Shown: piece by piece, positions 12,214 to 25,416 of the stretch | Numbering within the stretch: position 1 is the stretch's first letter | Layout: each line of letters begins with the position of its first letter | DNA from: Tubiluchus corallicola | Lineage: Eukaryota; Animalia; Priapulida | Assembly (NCBI GenBank): GCA_030141605.1 | Contig: JAQGDQ010000262.1 | Coordinates: forward strand, 124,001-188,000 | Direction of reading: 5' to 3' | Length of the DNA: 64,000 nt | Translations under genes and position numbers: made by a program | Notes under the pieces: model-generated | Told to the model about the DNA's origin: nothing | Database searches by the model: none | What the model saw: the letters and a program-made list of their open reading frames with translations, nothing else

Positions 12214-12832
12214 TTCTGTAACATTACGTACTAGAACATAATTTCCCAATGATACCAGGATGCCACTTTTTTGTAGCTTGATCTTGTACACGTACTTGCT
12301 GACCAACTGACCAAGTGGTGGCAGCTCATGGTTAGCAGCCCTTTTCTTGTCATAATATCCGTTTTGCTTGGCTTGCTTCTGTCGAAGGTGATCAGTAATA
12401 TCAGAGCTTTCGCGAGATTGATATGTGCTTTCGTGACTTGTATAGCTTTAATCTTTGCTGGGTCTGGGTGGACTCCATTTGCATCGAACACCATTCCAAA
12501 AAATGTGATGCTGTTTTGTTTTATGCTGCATTTCTCGTAGTTGAATACCAGCCCATGCTCTCTTGCTACTTCCATCAGGTTGAGTAAATTGGCATTGTGC
12601 TCAGCTTCGGTTTTACCATGTACGGCAATGTCATCACTAATGCCTTCTGCTCCAGGGCATTTTTCTAAAATGAAATCCATTTGCTGCTGAAACACATCTT
12701 GGCTGATGGATAATCCGAAAGGTAGTCTCAAGAATCTGTAACGGCCAAAAGGGCTATTGAATGTTGTCAAATACGATGATTCTTCGTCTAACACAATGGA
12801 CCAATAGCCATGTCTGGCATCTAGCTTTGAGC
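12214..12832 (-). mobile_element. Internally deleted Ty3/Gypsy LTR-retrotransposon pol fragment
   Basis: KLDARHGYWSI...TTFNSPFGRYRFLRLPFGL...ISDDIAVHG...PDPAKIKAI (RT), then in another frame a post-integrase YYDKK...ELPPL segment. Confidence 0.9.
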
Positions 12833-14095
12833 TTTTATTACATTACTTCTTGGCATTGAGTTTCGTTGAAGTAATTATACGTAGCGTTTAAAATTATTGT
12901 ACAGACAAAACAGTTCGTAGTAAGCTATTGCGTCGCACACTGTAGAACTGTACATAAAAGTTTGCTGTTTTACTCACTGACGTGCCCTCGCTTGCTATGT
13001 CAAGACTTCAAGTTCACTGTCACGGAAATCCAATTCTTTTTTTTCTGTGCACAGATCTGACCGTCGGGGCTTTCGCACTACTTTCAGGATGAGCGGGAAC
13101 GTGCCAACGTGGTCTCTGCTGAGTATGCTAATATGAGTATGCTGTGTAATACCTAATGCCCCGAAAAGTAACATTGGCCGGCTACGCTTGTGTCTCTCAT
13201 CAGGCTTTTGGATCTATCAACCACGCTCTTGAGTCTTCAACCATGCTACATCAGCTTTTCATCTCCAGTAGTCAGCCACGTCCTCGCCACAGCAGCTCTT
13301 TGCCAGTGGTCACCAACCCAGCCTCTGCATGGACCACGCTTTAAAACTACTCTAGCAATCCAGTGGTTGAACTCGTACCTGGTTGCCTCAGCCTTCCAGT
13401 GATAAAGCCAGATATCGTCATTTTGCAGGGTGACAAACAGAACCTTTAGTTCAGACGAACAGACAGACCATTGGTCCAGGTAGAACTGGTCCTTGACTGG
13501 TTTTCCACTACTATTCCGCGAGAATTTGAGTCCTATTCTGCAGGTAGAGATATGATTTCCAAACACTTGCTTCTTGGAATGTCAAGACAGTGTCATCACA
13601 GCAAACAAAGCATAACCAAAAGTAGACAAAACCATTGTCTTTGTGACAAATCATCTCACTGCATACGAGTGCCATTAAAGACAGGTCCACACCAAACTTG
13701 GTGTTCAGCCATATAAAATAACCACAGGATGTGGTCTAGCCAGCAAAACTCCACCACCCTGTAACTTTGACAGTCAGAACATAACTAGTCTAAAACACAA
13801 ACTCTGTAGTAAGCTTCCAAAACAGGTTGAAGCCATTTGGTATTCGAATTTTCAGGTAACGTAATTACAGATAAGCAGAGAAACAAGCGACCAGAGCCAT
13901 CTAGTGTCAAAATCTTACAAAAACACAATGTAATATAAGTTTAAATAAACAGTGCAATAAATCAATCTGGTAATTAGATAATTAATTATGCACACACAAC
14001 ATCATATATCAAAATAGGTGTTGCGACAATGATGGGTGGTATAACCGATCATCACACATTTATATACCATCACATTTCACAGCCACAGAAACAAA

Positions 14096-16525
14096 GTGTA
14101 TGCGAACAGGAAAGATTGTGAATCGCTGTGGTGCAACATCGGGGATTACTTAGTATGCACTGTTTATAGACCCCCAAATACTAAATTAAAAACTTTTTTT
14201 AAATACTTCGGAATAGAATTAGAAAGAGCAGTATTTGAAAACAAACAAATCTTAATTATGGGCGATTTTAATATTAACACTCTTACTAATGATATAATGC
14301 TTCATATGCAAAGTACAAAGAACTTCTAAATTTATTTAATGTGAAACTATTAAACAACGATAAACCAACAAGGTGCTTTAAAACGTCTTTTACTTTAATT
14401 GATCATTTTATTACTAATAACCCTTGCAAATTTATAGCTCATGACAGTATACCTTGTTAATATTCAGATCACAATTTCATGATTACAGCTGATAAATTAT
14501 TCCACTTAATTGCAGCAAATCATAATTCGTGTTGGAAAAGTTGCAGAGATTTCACACACTATAATGAGACATACTTTTTAAATGACTTCGCTAAAATTAA
14601 CTGGAGCGAGATATATCTTACAACAAATATAAACACTCAAGTAGACATTTTAATAAAAAAATATCCAATACTGCTTAGATCTTCATGCACCTTTCAAAAA
14701 AGTTAAAGAATTGAACATCAAGTCAAAGCTTAATTGTGAAAGTAATTGGACAAATGCTGGACTTAATGATTTAAGAAATAATAAAAATGACTTATATAAC
14801 ATGTGGCTTAACACTAAATCTAAAAATGACCACATAAAGTACAAGAAAGCTAGAAACAAATTCAACAATCTTAATAAAATTCTAAAAAATAGATATATTC
14901 AAGAACAATGCAGTAGTGCCTCCACTACAAAACAAAAATGGACAGTGATCAACAATGTTATAAATAAACAAAATAGGGCAAATGAACTTAAAATCGACAA
15001 TACCACAATAACGAAACCCAAAGATATTGCAAATTTGTTAAATGAGACGTTTGTTAACCCCGGAAACTTCAATTTGCAGAATGATTACACTGATACCATA
15101 AACGACAAACTAAAAACTGTAGGACCTGCAAATAACCAATTTTGAGTGTTACTTTTGCTGATATTTTAAAAATAATAAATAATTTAGATGCCAATAAGTG
15201 GCATATCTGACATACCAATAATAATTCTAAAGTACAGTATGCATTTAATTGCTCTACATATAACCTATATAACTAACCAAATAATAATAATACATGGCAA
15301 ATTTCCTGACCATTGCAAAACAGCTAATATTACACCAATCCACAAAAAGAATGCTAAAGATCAACCGATAAATTACAGACCAGTATCAATAGTTCATTCT
15401 ATGAGTAAAATTTGGGAAAGCAAATTATTACATATGTCAATCAAAATGAACTCTTATCGACACATTAATTCGGATTTAAAAAAACCATTCAACTGTCGAT
15501 GCTGTAATAAACGTATCTGAAAACTGGCGAGATAATCTTGATAAAAAGAAATATGTGGCAGCAGCTTTTCTAGATTTAAGTAAAGCTTTCGACAGTTTAA
15601 ATCACACGCTACTATTAGATAATTTGAAAGAACTTGGATTTGAACAATCAGCACTAAAATTAATTACTGATTACCTACAAAATAGAAAGCAGCAGGTTAA
15701 AATAAACTCTACAACATTCTCAGATTGGGCTAACCTTCAACGAGGTATCCCGCAGGGCACACTGTTGGGACCTCTACTGTTTAACCTTTACATCAACAAT
15801 ATTTCTAATGTTCTACAACATTTAAGTATTACGACACGACTATTTATCCGGCTCACGAGAATATCAGCATTGCAAAACAGTACTTAGAAAAAGACATAAA
15901 GAATATCAACATGGCATTTAATTATTATAAGCTAAAAAGGAATAGTGACAAAACAGAATTTATGGTATTATCTCCAACAATTAACAATGCTGAAAATACA
16001 GCTGCTATATCCTTGCAAATAGAAAATGATGCTATCGTGCAGTCAAAAGTTGTTAATTTCTTAGGCGTTAAGTTGGACAACATGCTTACATGGGAAGAGC
16101 AGTTCATCAACATTTATAAAAAAAATGGCATTAGGTACTTTGTACCTTCGACAAATCAGAGGACAGCTATCAAAACAAACAAAAATTCTAATTTACAAAA
16201 CTTTTATTTTGCCCCATTATTTACGTGCCTGCATACTGTACCAAAAAGTGAAAAGAGAGTCATACATCAAATTAAATGTACTTCAAAACTATTCTTTACG
16301 ATTAGTTAATGGCCATTCTTTGAAATCATCTCACAATACAAGTAAATATTCAGCCACTTCTTTAAGATACTCCATGAAAATCCCAATATTAGAAGCCCAC
16401 AGAGATTATCAAACTCTCCTGTTTCTCTATAAATATATCAACAATATTAATTCTCCTTTCAAAAACAATAAGCTCCCACTTCTTAAAACCCCAGTATGAA
16501 TAGCAGAACACTAAATTTAAGAAAC
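14096..16525 (+). mobile_element. Degenerate CR1/L2-group LINE ORF2 (APE endonuclease + RT), frameshifted
   Basis: VYRPPN, ILIMGDFNIN, LIDHFITN, SDH; NYRPVS, LDLSKAFDSLNH, GIPQGTLLGPLLFNLYIN, FLGVKLD. Confidence 0.92.
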
Positions 16526-17007
16526 CGTATGGTCGTACAGTCACCTCGCACTACGCAAATAATTTTATCTAAAGTTTATTAATGTGTTTGATATTGTATT
16601 TCGATGTGTGATTTCGATGTGTGAAAATAAATTCATAGTTCATAGCAATAGCGTTGAGCTTTGCTCTCCATTTAGTCGTAACATTACTCTATGTATTCGA
16701 ATTGATATATTTACAGAACACCTGTTTCATGTTCATTAAGCATAATATATAATTTATTATAATAGGGTAATTGCTTCTCTATTTTGAGAAGAGTCGTAAG
16801 AGTCGTTAACAACGTTTACATAATTAACGTTAACGTAATTATTGGGACCTATGTCTTGAAATTAAAGGATGCAGCTAGTATTATGTGGTTACTGTGAAAT
16901 TTCGGCTACAGAGAAATGTATTTGAGAGTTTCTATCTTAATTAAGAATAATAAAGAAACAATGACACTGATTACTGTATATTTCCTTTTTTATTTTGCTT
17001 TTGATGA

Positions 17008-17230
17008 CCCAGGCTGTGTGACAAAATTGCCACGTTGTCACAGTATTTTTTGCAAATATTGGAACGATATGGAAATGTAGACTTCCCGCCACAATGTTGC
17101 ACAGATATTGTTACAATGTGGAAAAAATATTGCCAAAAATGTTGGTACAATGTTGTGGCAAGTTCACATTGTCCCAATACTTGCAAAAGTATTGTAACAA
17201 CATTTTCTAGCCATATTTTTGTACTACCCG
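17008..17230. mobile_element. Imperfect palindromic MITE-like element
   Basis: Arms ttgtcacagtattttttgcaaatattgg... / ...ccaatacttgcaaaagtattgtaacaa are near reverse complements. Confidence 0.45.
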
Positions 17231-18137
17231 AGAAAGGTAATTACTTTTACGTGTGAGCATGCATCAGTATAATGCTTATTACCCCGAGTTAGCCCTTATT
17301 GTTTAGGTTTAGTTAAATTAATGGATTTTTTTGCTTAGCTGCGGATACGTCTCGACATATACTGACTCGGGACAGTTTTTTTCCAAGTGGTACCACTAGT
17401 GGCTTGCTAGCAATTCAAACTTAGCATTACCCAACCATATGGCCATAATTAGGTTGAACAATGTGAGCCCAAGCCCCCCCCCCTTCATAGTAGTAGTTAC
17501 AGCACACCAAGTGAATATCGTTTCTGGATTATAAGCTTTAGAACGTTTACTGGTAGCTTTTAATGACTTACATCGAGTAAAAAGTTCTGCATTAATGATT
17601 TTAGTGTAAAAACGTTTGTGCCCTTTAAGTGATAATTGAAGTTTTTGGCAAAGATGTCGCTGTGTGCAATTATATGCTATACTAGTGTGTATGCTAGTGT
17701 ATTGGTGTGTAATTAAGAGTCAAAAGTTTGAGGTGACATAATGAGTTTTAAACTATTGAATTTGCTTGTGGAAGCTAGTAAGAAAAATGGTCTAAAATGC
17801 AGTAAAATGCATTGAGTCCCCAGACGTCCTAGCTGCTTTTTCGTTGGGCCCACCCTTTTTCTAAAGCCTCTATCCACCGCTGAACGTGATTGAACTAAAA
17901 CGAAATTTTAAAAATTTGTACAAAGAAGCCTTGAAGTGTTAACACTGTCATTTTGCACACACAACATGTGTTTGAATGTAGGTCAAATTAACAAACATTA
18001 TATACATTAATAAATGGGGATTATCTATGCATGATGTGAGTGAATTATAATGCAGACAAAATTAAGAAATGTTCGATTGTTTGTCATTTAGCAGTTGCAG
18101 GTAAAAATGTAACAAATGACAAATAAACACTGAAGGT

Positions 18138-18833
<696 letters not shown>

Positions 18834-20282
18834 AGAAGACCACGATAGCACTGACGTTCGCTGAAACCTGAACATTCTTAAACATGCCTAAACCCTCACC
18901 AAAATTTCACCAAACATGCCCACCTCTTCACGAAGTTTTCTAGATGTGTTTGTACGATCTTGCTAGCGAACAAACGAAAAACCAGTACTAAAAACATGAC
19001 CTCTTTAGCAGTTATTTTAGGTCAACCTACAATTTTAAAGATGCTTTAAATTTTTTAAATGAATTAATTTCACCGTTTCAGCGTATGCACAAACAACTAA
19101 TGGTCGCCATCGTACTTAACAATTTGAATCTTCCTTATAATTAGAACAAGGTGTATACATATTTTCCTACCTTTGCAAAAAGAGCGTTGAAAAATTCGTG
19201 ATTAAATCATATAATATTAATATGATTAATATTAATATCATATCATATTACTTCAGATGTAAAATCCTTATCACAATTACTTTTTTTGCAATGTGCATGT
19301 GCAGACGATTGCACTTTGATATCATGATATCAATTATAAGTAAAAACATATATAACTCGATGCCTAACTTTAAGTCTTAGTTTAATGTTCTCATAGATCA
19401 TACACGTATCATAGCCCAATAATTAATAAACTGTCTCAATTCGAATATGAAGGCTTAGTGGTTTTTAGGAAAATTATCATTGAACCACATCTTACTGAAG
19501 CCTAAACTCAGCAAGTATCATAGCCAGGTAATTTTTCTCTATTCCTCTTTTAAGTAGCAAGCCTACCAAGTCATCCGCATTCAGTATGTGTCACCTACAT
19601 TTTGTTACTTTGCCCAAGTAACTTGGTACTAGTTAATCACTGAAGTAAATGCACCTCATCCAAGTACCACCACCACTACTAGTACTACTACAACTACTTA
19701 TACTACTTTGGAGTTCGAGTTCAAATGCGAATCGCTGCTTCAACACTAATTTAATAGGCCTAGTAGTAGTAACATAATTTTAAGTAAAACGCACATTTGG
19801 TGTCTCAACTCTTTCTATCGTTTAAGTGACTTCTTGGAAAAATTCTGTTTCCATGCAGAACATACCAAAGCCTAGTTACGTCTTATAGCATGACCCGGAA
19901 ATTTTCTTTACTCCTATCTTAAGGGGCACAATAAATTATTAGTTAATTCCCAGAGTTTAGTCCTCAGATAATAATTGTGATAAGAAAAGGTAACTGGCGC
20001 AAGTTTTCACTCTAGTTTTTCCACAGATTTAGCCATGATGTGCGATTTACTTCAACCTTGATCAATAGTAATAGTAATAATAATAATAAGAATAAAAACA
20101 ATAATGGTAACGATAACAACATTCCTTACTTAAGGTCGGCTTTGATTTCAACAGACAATGCAAGACTGCTATGAAACTTTTGCCGCCGATTATAAATAAC
20201 AAACTACCACCTACATAACAGAGATTATTATTATTCCACTTTTATCGCTCGATCCCCCCAAAAAATACAGATACAGGACAAC

Positions 20283-20395
20283 AGCAGGTACCATTTTTTG
20301 AAGTTTTTGGTGGTGCCCGACCACAATATTGCATTCACGATCTCCCAGACTGTGAAAGCGGATGCGTTACCACTAGACTAGACTGTCTCTGGTCT
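20283..20395 (-). mobile_element. Degenerate tRNA-derived SINE head (MetaSINE-like)
   Basis: Minus strand: A-box-like gtctagtggtaacgcatccgctt followed by ccaaaaacttcaaaaaatggtacctgctg. Confidence 0.45.
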
Positions 20396-20580
20396 GACAG
20401 TAACAGATTTCTGAAATTTACTGATTAATGTCAATGGACACTCAAGCTTCAATACAGCAATAAGGATTACTGATGTGAAATTTTATTTTAGAGTTCTGCC
20501 TGGCCAATAGACGTAATTAATGAACATATGATGGTGATGATGATGGTGATGACGATGATGATGTGAAATGATTGGGTAGA

Positions 20581-20950
20581 TGTTGTGGAGATCGCTGGCA
20601 TTTATTAGAATTACATAGAACATTGTAGAATGATCTGTTGGAATGACCGCCTTACCGTCTGGAATGTTCTGGAACATTACTTCTGGCAGCTTCTTGGGCG
20701 CGCTATATAAGACAAAGCAGGCCGCCGACACGTGAGCACACAGAGCACGCAGTTCTAACACGGACATATACTTGTATACTTACATTTTCAGATATACTTA
20801 AACGTTTTCCAGATTTTCACGTTTACAGTAATCGTTTCTCGTTCCTTCATACTTTTGTGTTATAGAATTCTCGCTAAATAAACTAGTTTTATTTGACGGC
20901 GTGTTTTCTGGTTTTCGCCACGAGCCTTTCTAGAGAAACAAAACACAACA
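20581..20950 (+). mobile_element. Solo LTR (370 bp)
   Basis: Termini TGTTGTG...CACAACA are perfect inverted repeats; internal TATA (ctatataag ~20703) and AATAAA (~20877). Confidence 0.75.
20617..20711 (+). promoter_or_regulatory. Heat-shock elements plus TATA box inside the solo LTR
   Basis: gGAAtgTTCtgGAAc (20661-20675) is a perfect nGAAn triad; aGAAcaTTGtaGAAt (20617-20631) is near-perfect; TATATAA ~30 bp downstream. Confidence 0.6.
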
Positions 20951-22667
20951 ATTCTGAACCCCCGTTTCGGTTTTTGTCCACTGTTGGGGTCCGGGATCAG
21001 TTAAATTGCTGTGCATATAAGTTGTCTATCTGACCATTCAATTTATAACATCTAGACATCTCGTTTCATGTATTTCAAGCCACTTTCGCAAGAAACGTTC
21101 TATGCAAAATTGTGAACTTAACATTGTGTTACCTGCTTGAAGGACTCTTGTAACTAGAAGAGAAAATTATTAATTATTTAAAATGTTTTCACCAATTGGT
21201 AAAAAGTCGCTGACTCAATATGTAAGTGGTATAAAATTTCAAGACGAATTTTTTAAGCTTCATGTAAGTGTAAAGTTTTCTTGTGTTTTAAACCCTGTTC
21301 GTGGAATGGGTTCAAATAGTCATGCTTCCCAGCGACTAGTAGCTACAAACCCGTGAGCCCTGCCTCAAGGCAGCGCATGCACAAAGAAACTTGCTATGAA
21401 GCCACAACCTCCGTGAATCGGCTTCGGAAATGTGGCGTTGTCATGTGACGTTGTATGTTGAAGATGCTGGAGTAATGTGGCATTCGCATGCTAAGAATAA
21501 AGTTGTTGAAATTGTTGACAGCTCTTAGTGTCTTATGACTTGTTGCAGCAAAAATGCTGGCTTACTGCACTGATTATAATGTCATAGAAGACAGATAAAC
21601 GAATTATTCTGTATGTCGAAAATCTGTACTGCTAAAAGTCAGCGCAAACGTGTGTTAATCCTTGACAGATGTGTTATTTTGGCAGTGCGTAGTCTGGTGG
21701 TCGAAAGCGCTTTCTAGTAAAATAACGTTACACGGTGCAATTGGACGTGGTTTAGATCAGGTACCGGTTAAACAAAATTCGAAAGAGACTAGGACGCTTT
21801 AATAATTACTATTGTGTAGTGGGTCACTTAGCTTTGCATCGTGATTCTGTTCCAATGGACAATGCAGAAGGTAAATAACTGTGCAGACTTTGCTTTATGA
21901 TAAACGATGGTTGTAAATTACGTAATTTTCAGGTTTAACTTTCCCTGAATTGGTTTGCAAAGATTATGCCAAGTTGTTACCGGTTGATTTTATACGTAAT
22001 CAAAGAAGTTCTTATATGCGTAAATTCTACTGTTATTCCTGCAAGCTTTCCTATGAAAGCTACCCCAAAGTTGAACACATTTCGCCGACTGCAAATTATA
22101 TCTCCTATACAGAGAGTTATTCGGCGTCTACGAAGTGACGACAATAAGCGGGGACGGTGATGAAAAGATTATTGTCTCCTGGATGTGATTTTATGTCAAC
22201 CAGCGTTGAACAGAAGAGGATACCAGGCAACAACTTTCTTAATGTGCTTCCGTTCCAGTGTATTAGGTAAATAAAAAACATTAAATTACTTTATTAGACG
22301 TGAAAGTTTCGTAAATATGCAAACTTTACAACCAGTGCGTAGCTACTTCTATGTAAACTGTGTATTACCCCTGTCACGTATAAATATTCTACAGACCAAC
22401 CCTAACAGGGTCAGGCAGTAATTGGTTTCTCAAGAAACATTTGGAACTCGTAACGTGGTATTCGACCCACACATTATGATGGTATTCATTTTTAGTCATT
22501 CCTTTACTGGCTTGCTTCAAATTAAGTGCAATCGATGGAAAGAGAGATTACGAAATTGTGTTTTCTGATTTCCGCTGTAATTAGATTTGTAAAAGAACAA
22601 TTACAAAAAGATTAGGGGAAAGAAAATGCTTTCAATAGAGTTTCTTGATGAAAAATTTTAAAATTCG
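20951..22667. repeat. Segmental duplication block (copy of 6611-8262)
   Basis: Colinear high-identity match. Confidence 0.9.
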
Positions 22668-24700
22668 CCAAGAAAAGTTGTTCACAACAAGCTTCGAAAG
22701 TCGCAATTCCTGTTCACTCGTCTAAACAACCAATCAACAAACCAAGGAATAATCAAATTAGTGATTCGCTGATCATGAATCAATCCAACTGACCAACCAA
22801 CCAGCCATCCAACCAACTAACAACCAGCTAACCAATCAATAAAACGAACACCAATTGAACAACGAACCGGCCGACCAACTGGTCAACCTAGAAGCCTGTA
22901 AACTAACTACCAAACCTACCTAATCAGTCCAACAAGCTAACGAATTATAATGTCAGAGTACAACAACGCTAATCAGGCTCTTCTAATAATATTATAATCA
23001 ACATCAACTACACTTCCGAAGGTTCAAAATTCTAATAAACGCTAATAAAGGATTTCTGAAAAGTGACCACTGCAAAGATCTGGAGACAAGATTGGTGTGG
23101 TCTTTCATTAAGAATAAATAAAATTCAAAAGTCTTTGCCCGCAGTTACAAAAAAAATAATTACTGTCATTCAAATTCTGCGTAACTTATTATGATAAACA
23201 AAAAATTTTGCTATTGTTATAATTAAGAAAATTATTGGTGATGGAGAAAACAAATTCTTAAAACAAAAATCACAGCCAGCACCCACTTAAGAAAAGACAT
23301 GGCTTTTATTTACATACAACATCTGCAACGTTTCGACAGAGTTAATGTCATATTCACGCAACAATCGCCTAACTAAATATACAGAGCAAAAAATATGTAA
23401 AAAATCAACACTGTGACAAGAAAAGAAGCATAACACCAAAATGGCAAACTTACACATCGTGTTATGCAAACCCAAAAGCAGAAAAATATAGATAAATAAA
23501 GTTAGTCGAACATTTTTTGACCGATGCCTGTGGGTTGCAATACAAGAAACCTTTGAACACTTTTTGGTTATAATTAATTATTAGGCAGAATTGACAGTGT
23601 GGACACCTCAATATGTAACATATTTTTGAGTGACAGTGCGACTGTCTTTAAATGAGAAGCAAAGATGGAGAGGCCGGGTTATGTAAAAGATTTCCAATAA
23701 TAGTCTAAGCAGTATTTGAATTTTATATCACGATCTGTTTACTCTCTTCTTAATTTTTTTCCCATCTTTATTCATTTATTAGTAGAACCGTAGCATTTGC
23801 TCTTGTATCGCTGGAAACGGGAAACTCCGATAAACGCGTAGATGAAATACCATTGAATGTTTTCTTTTAAATCTTATTAGACGCCTACAGGCCCTACAGC
23901 ACGTCTCAGATGTCTGCCAGATTCCTTGAACCCGACGGGAGGGGGCGGACAAGGAAGCCCGCGAACAAAACGCGGGCTCACAACTCAATTTTTACAAATC
24001 AAAATTTAATTAGTTACTACATAAACTTTTTGGCTAAATGTACAAGCGTCTCTAATATCCCGTCTAGTATTACCTTTTAGAATAAAGTTCAAAAAAGTTT
24101 CTAACGTTAAACATAATAGTCATGTGCATAGCCCCGGGCAGGAATCTGTTGCTAATTTCAAATCTTAATCGTAGTTTGAGCATCACGTTATCATGACTAT
24201 GCTTCGAGACACGTTGTCTGTTAGTCATTGCGATCACCCCCTGCATAGACAGAATGGAAATGCCCACACAGGAAGCCTTCCGAAGAAGTAGCGAAGTTTA
24301 AGGTCAGACAGATGCGTATGCAGTGTCGACTGATTATAAATCCCTTACAGGAAAGAGATTGTAGAATTAGGACTGGGAACTTGACCGTCTTGCAGCCATA
24401 TACGTGTCCTAAGACGTATGACACGTATATCAAACGTGTCATACGCGAAAAAGTGGAAAAATACAGATTATATAACGTGATCGACACGATCACGACCCCT
24501 CGGGCGACCCAGACTATTGATGACATCACAAACTAACATAATTTTCAACAACAAAAACATTCCTCGAGCGTGTTGCGTGTGTTTGCGAAAGAGAAAATTG
24601 AAGTACAGTACTACTGTAAGATATTCAATGTGTTGTATTAAAACCATGTTTTAAGCTAAAAATTCAAATTTCAAACTTACCTCTGTGCTCATGCATAAGC

Positions 24701-25416
24701 TTAGATATTCTTGGATGAATGAATAAATTTTATCCTTGTTGAAAGACAGAAACCTCTCCTCACTTTACATGAAACCAGATGCTTTCCGAAGCTGGTTTCC
24801 CACAAGCTATCATCACACAACGACAGGCCTTCATCACTTTCAACTGGGCCATTGTCCAAATCATGATATGTGTCTTCAACCGGGTTATTTCTCACATCGT
24901 GGTTTGTATCCTGCACAGGAACGACAACAGTCTTTTGTTCAGGCGGTCTGGAAGAATTGTAGGAACCAGCAGGATTCGACCGTGCAGTTACGTCACATGT
25001 TCCAGTAGTGGGCTGTGTCTCACATAGATAATGATATTTTGCATCTACACACTCCTTCAAGTATCTGGCATGACTTGGCTTTCCTAATTCACAAAGAATC
25101 AGATACAATTCAGTTTCATCACCCATGTTTGCAAACTTCCATTCCTCCAGTACTCTCTCTGATGAACTTTTACCTTGTCGTATTTCCACATTTTGAATTC
25201 GTGCTACGACCTTCTGCGGTAAGCGGAGTCTGGCTCCAGTACTCTCTCTGATGAACTTTTACCTTGTCGTATTTCCACATTTTGAATTCGTGCTACGACC
25301 TTCTGCGGTAAGCGGAGTCTGGCTGCTAACTGCACATAAAAATCTGGATCAGCATCCATACTTTGATAAAGTTCGTTCCAAATCCTGGAATTTTCTAAAC
25401 CGTTAGGTTTCGGCAT
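24701..25416 (-). pseudogene. IRAK paralog copy 4 (DD + TRAF6 motifs, no kinase), frameshifted by an internal 89-bp tandem duplication
   Basis: ORFs 25204-25416 and 24701-25189 are two halves; duplicated units at 25145-25233 and 25234-25322; retains PVEDTY and PVESDE. Confidence 0.85.

Noticed and set aside
13140-13800. Coding-like region with 60-106 aa ORFs
   Set aside because: No recognisable domain in any frame I translated, and multiple stops
23955-23990. GC hairpin agcccgcg-aacaaaa-cgcgggct as a Helitron 3' end or terminator
   Set aside because: No CTAG at the expected distance and no matching 5' end; intrinsic terminators are not relevant in this genome
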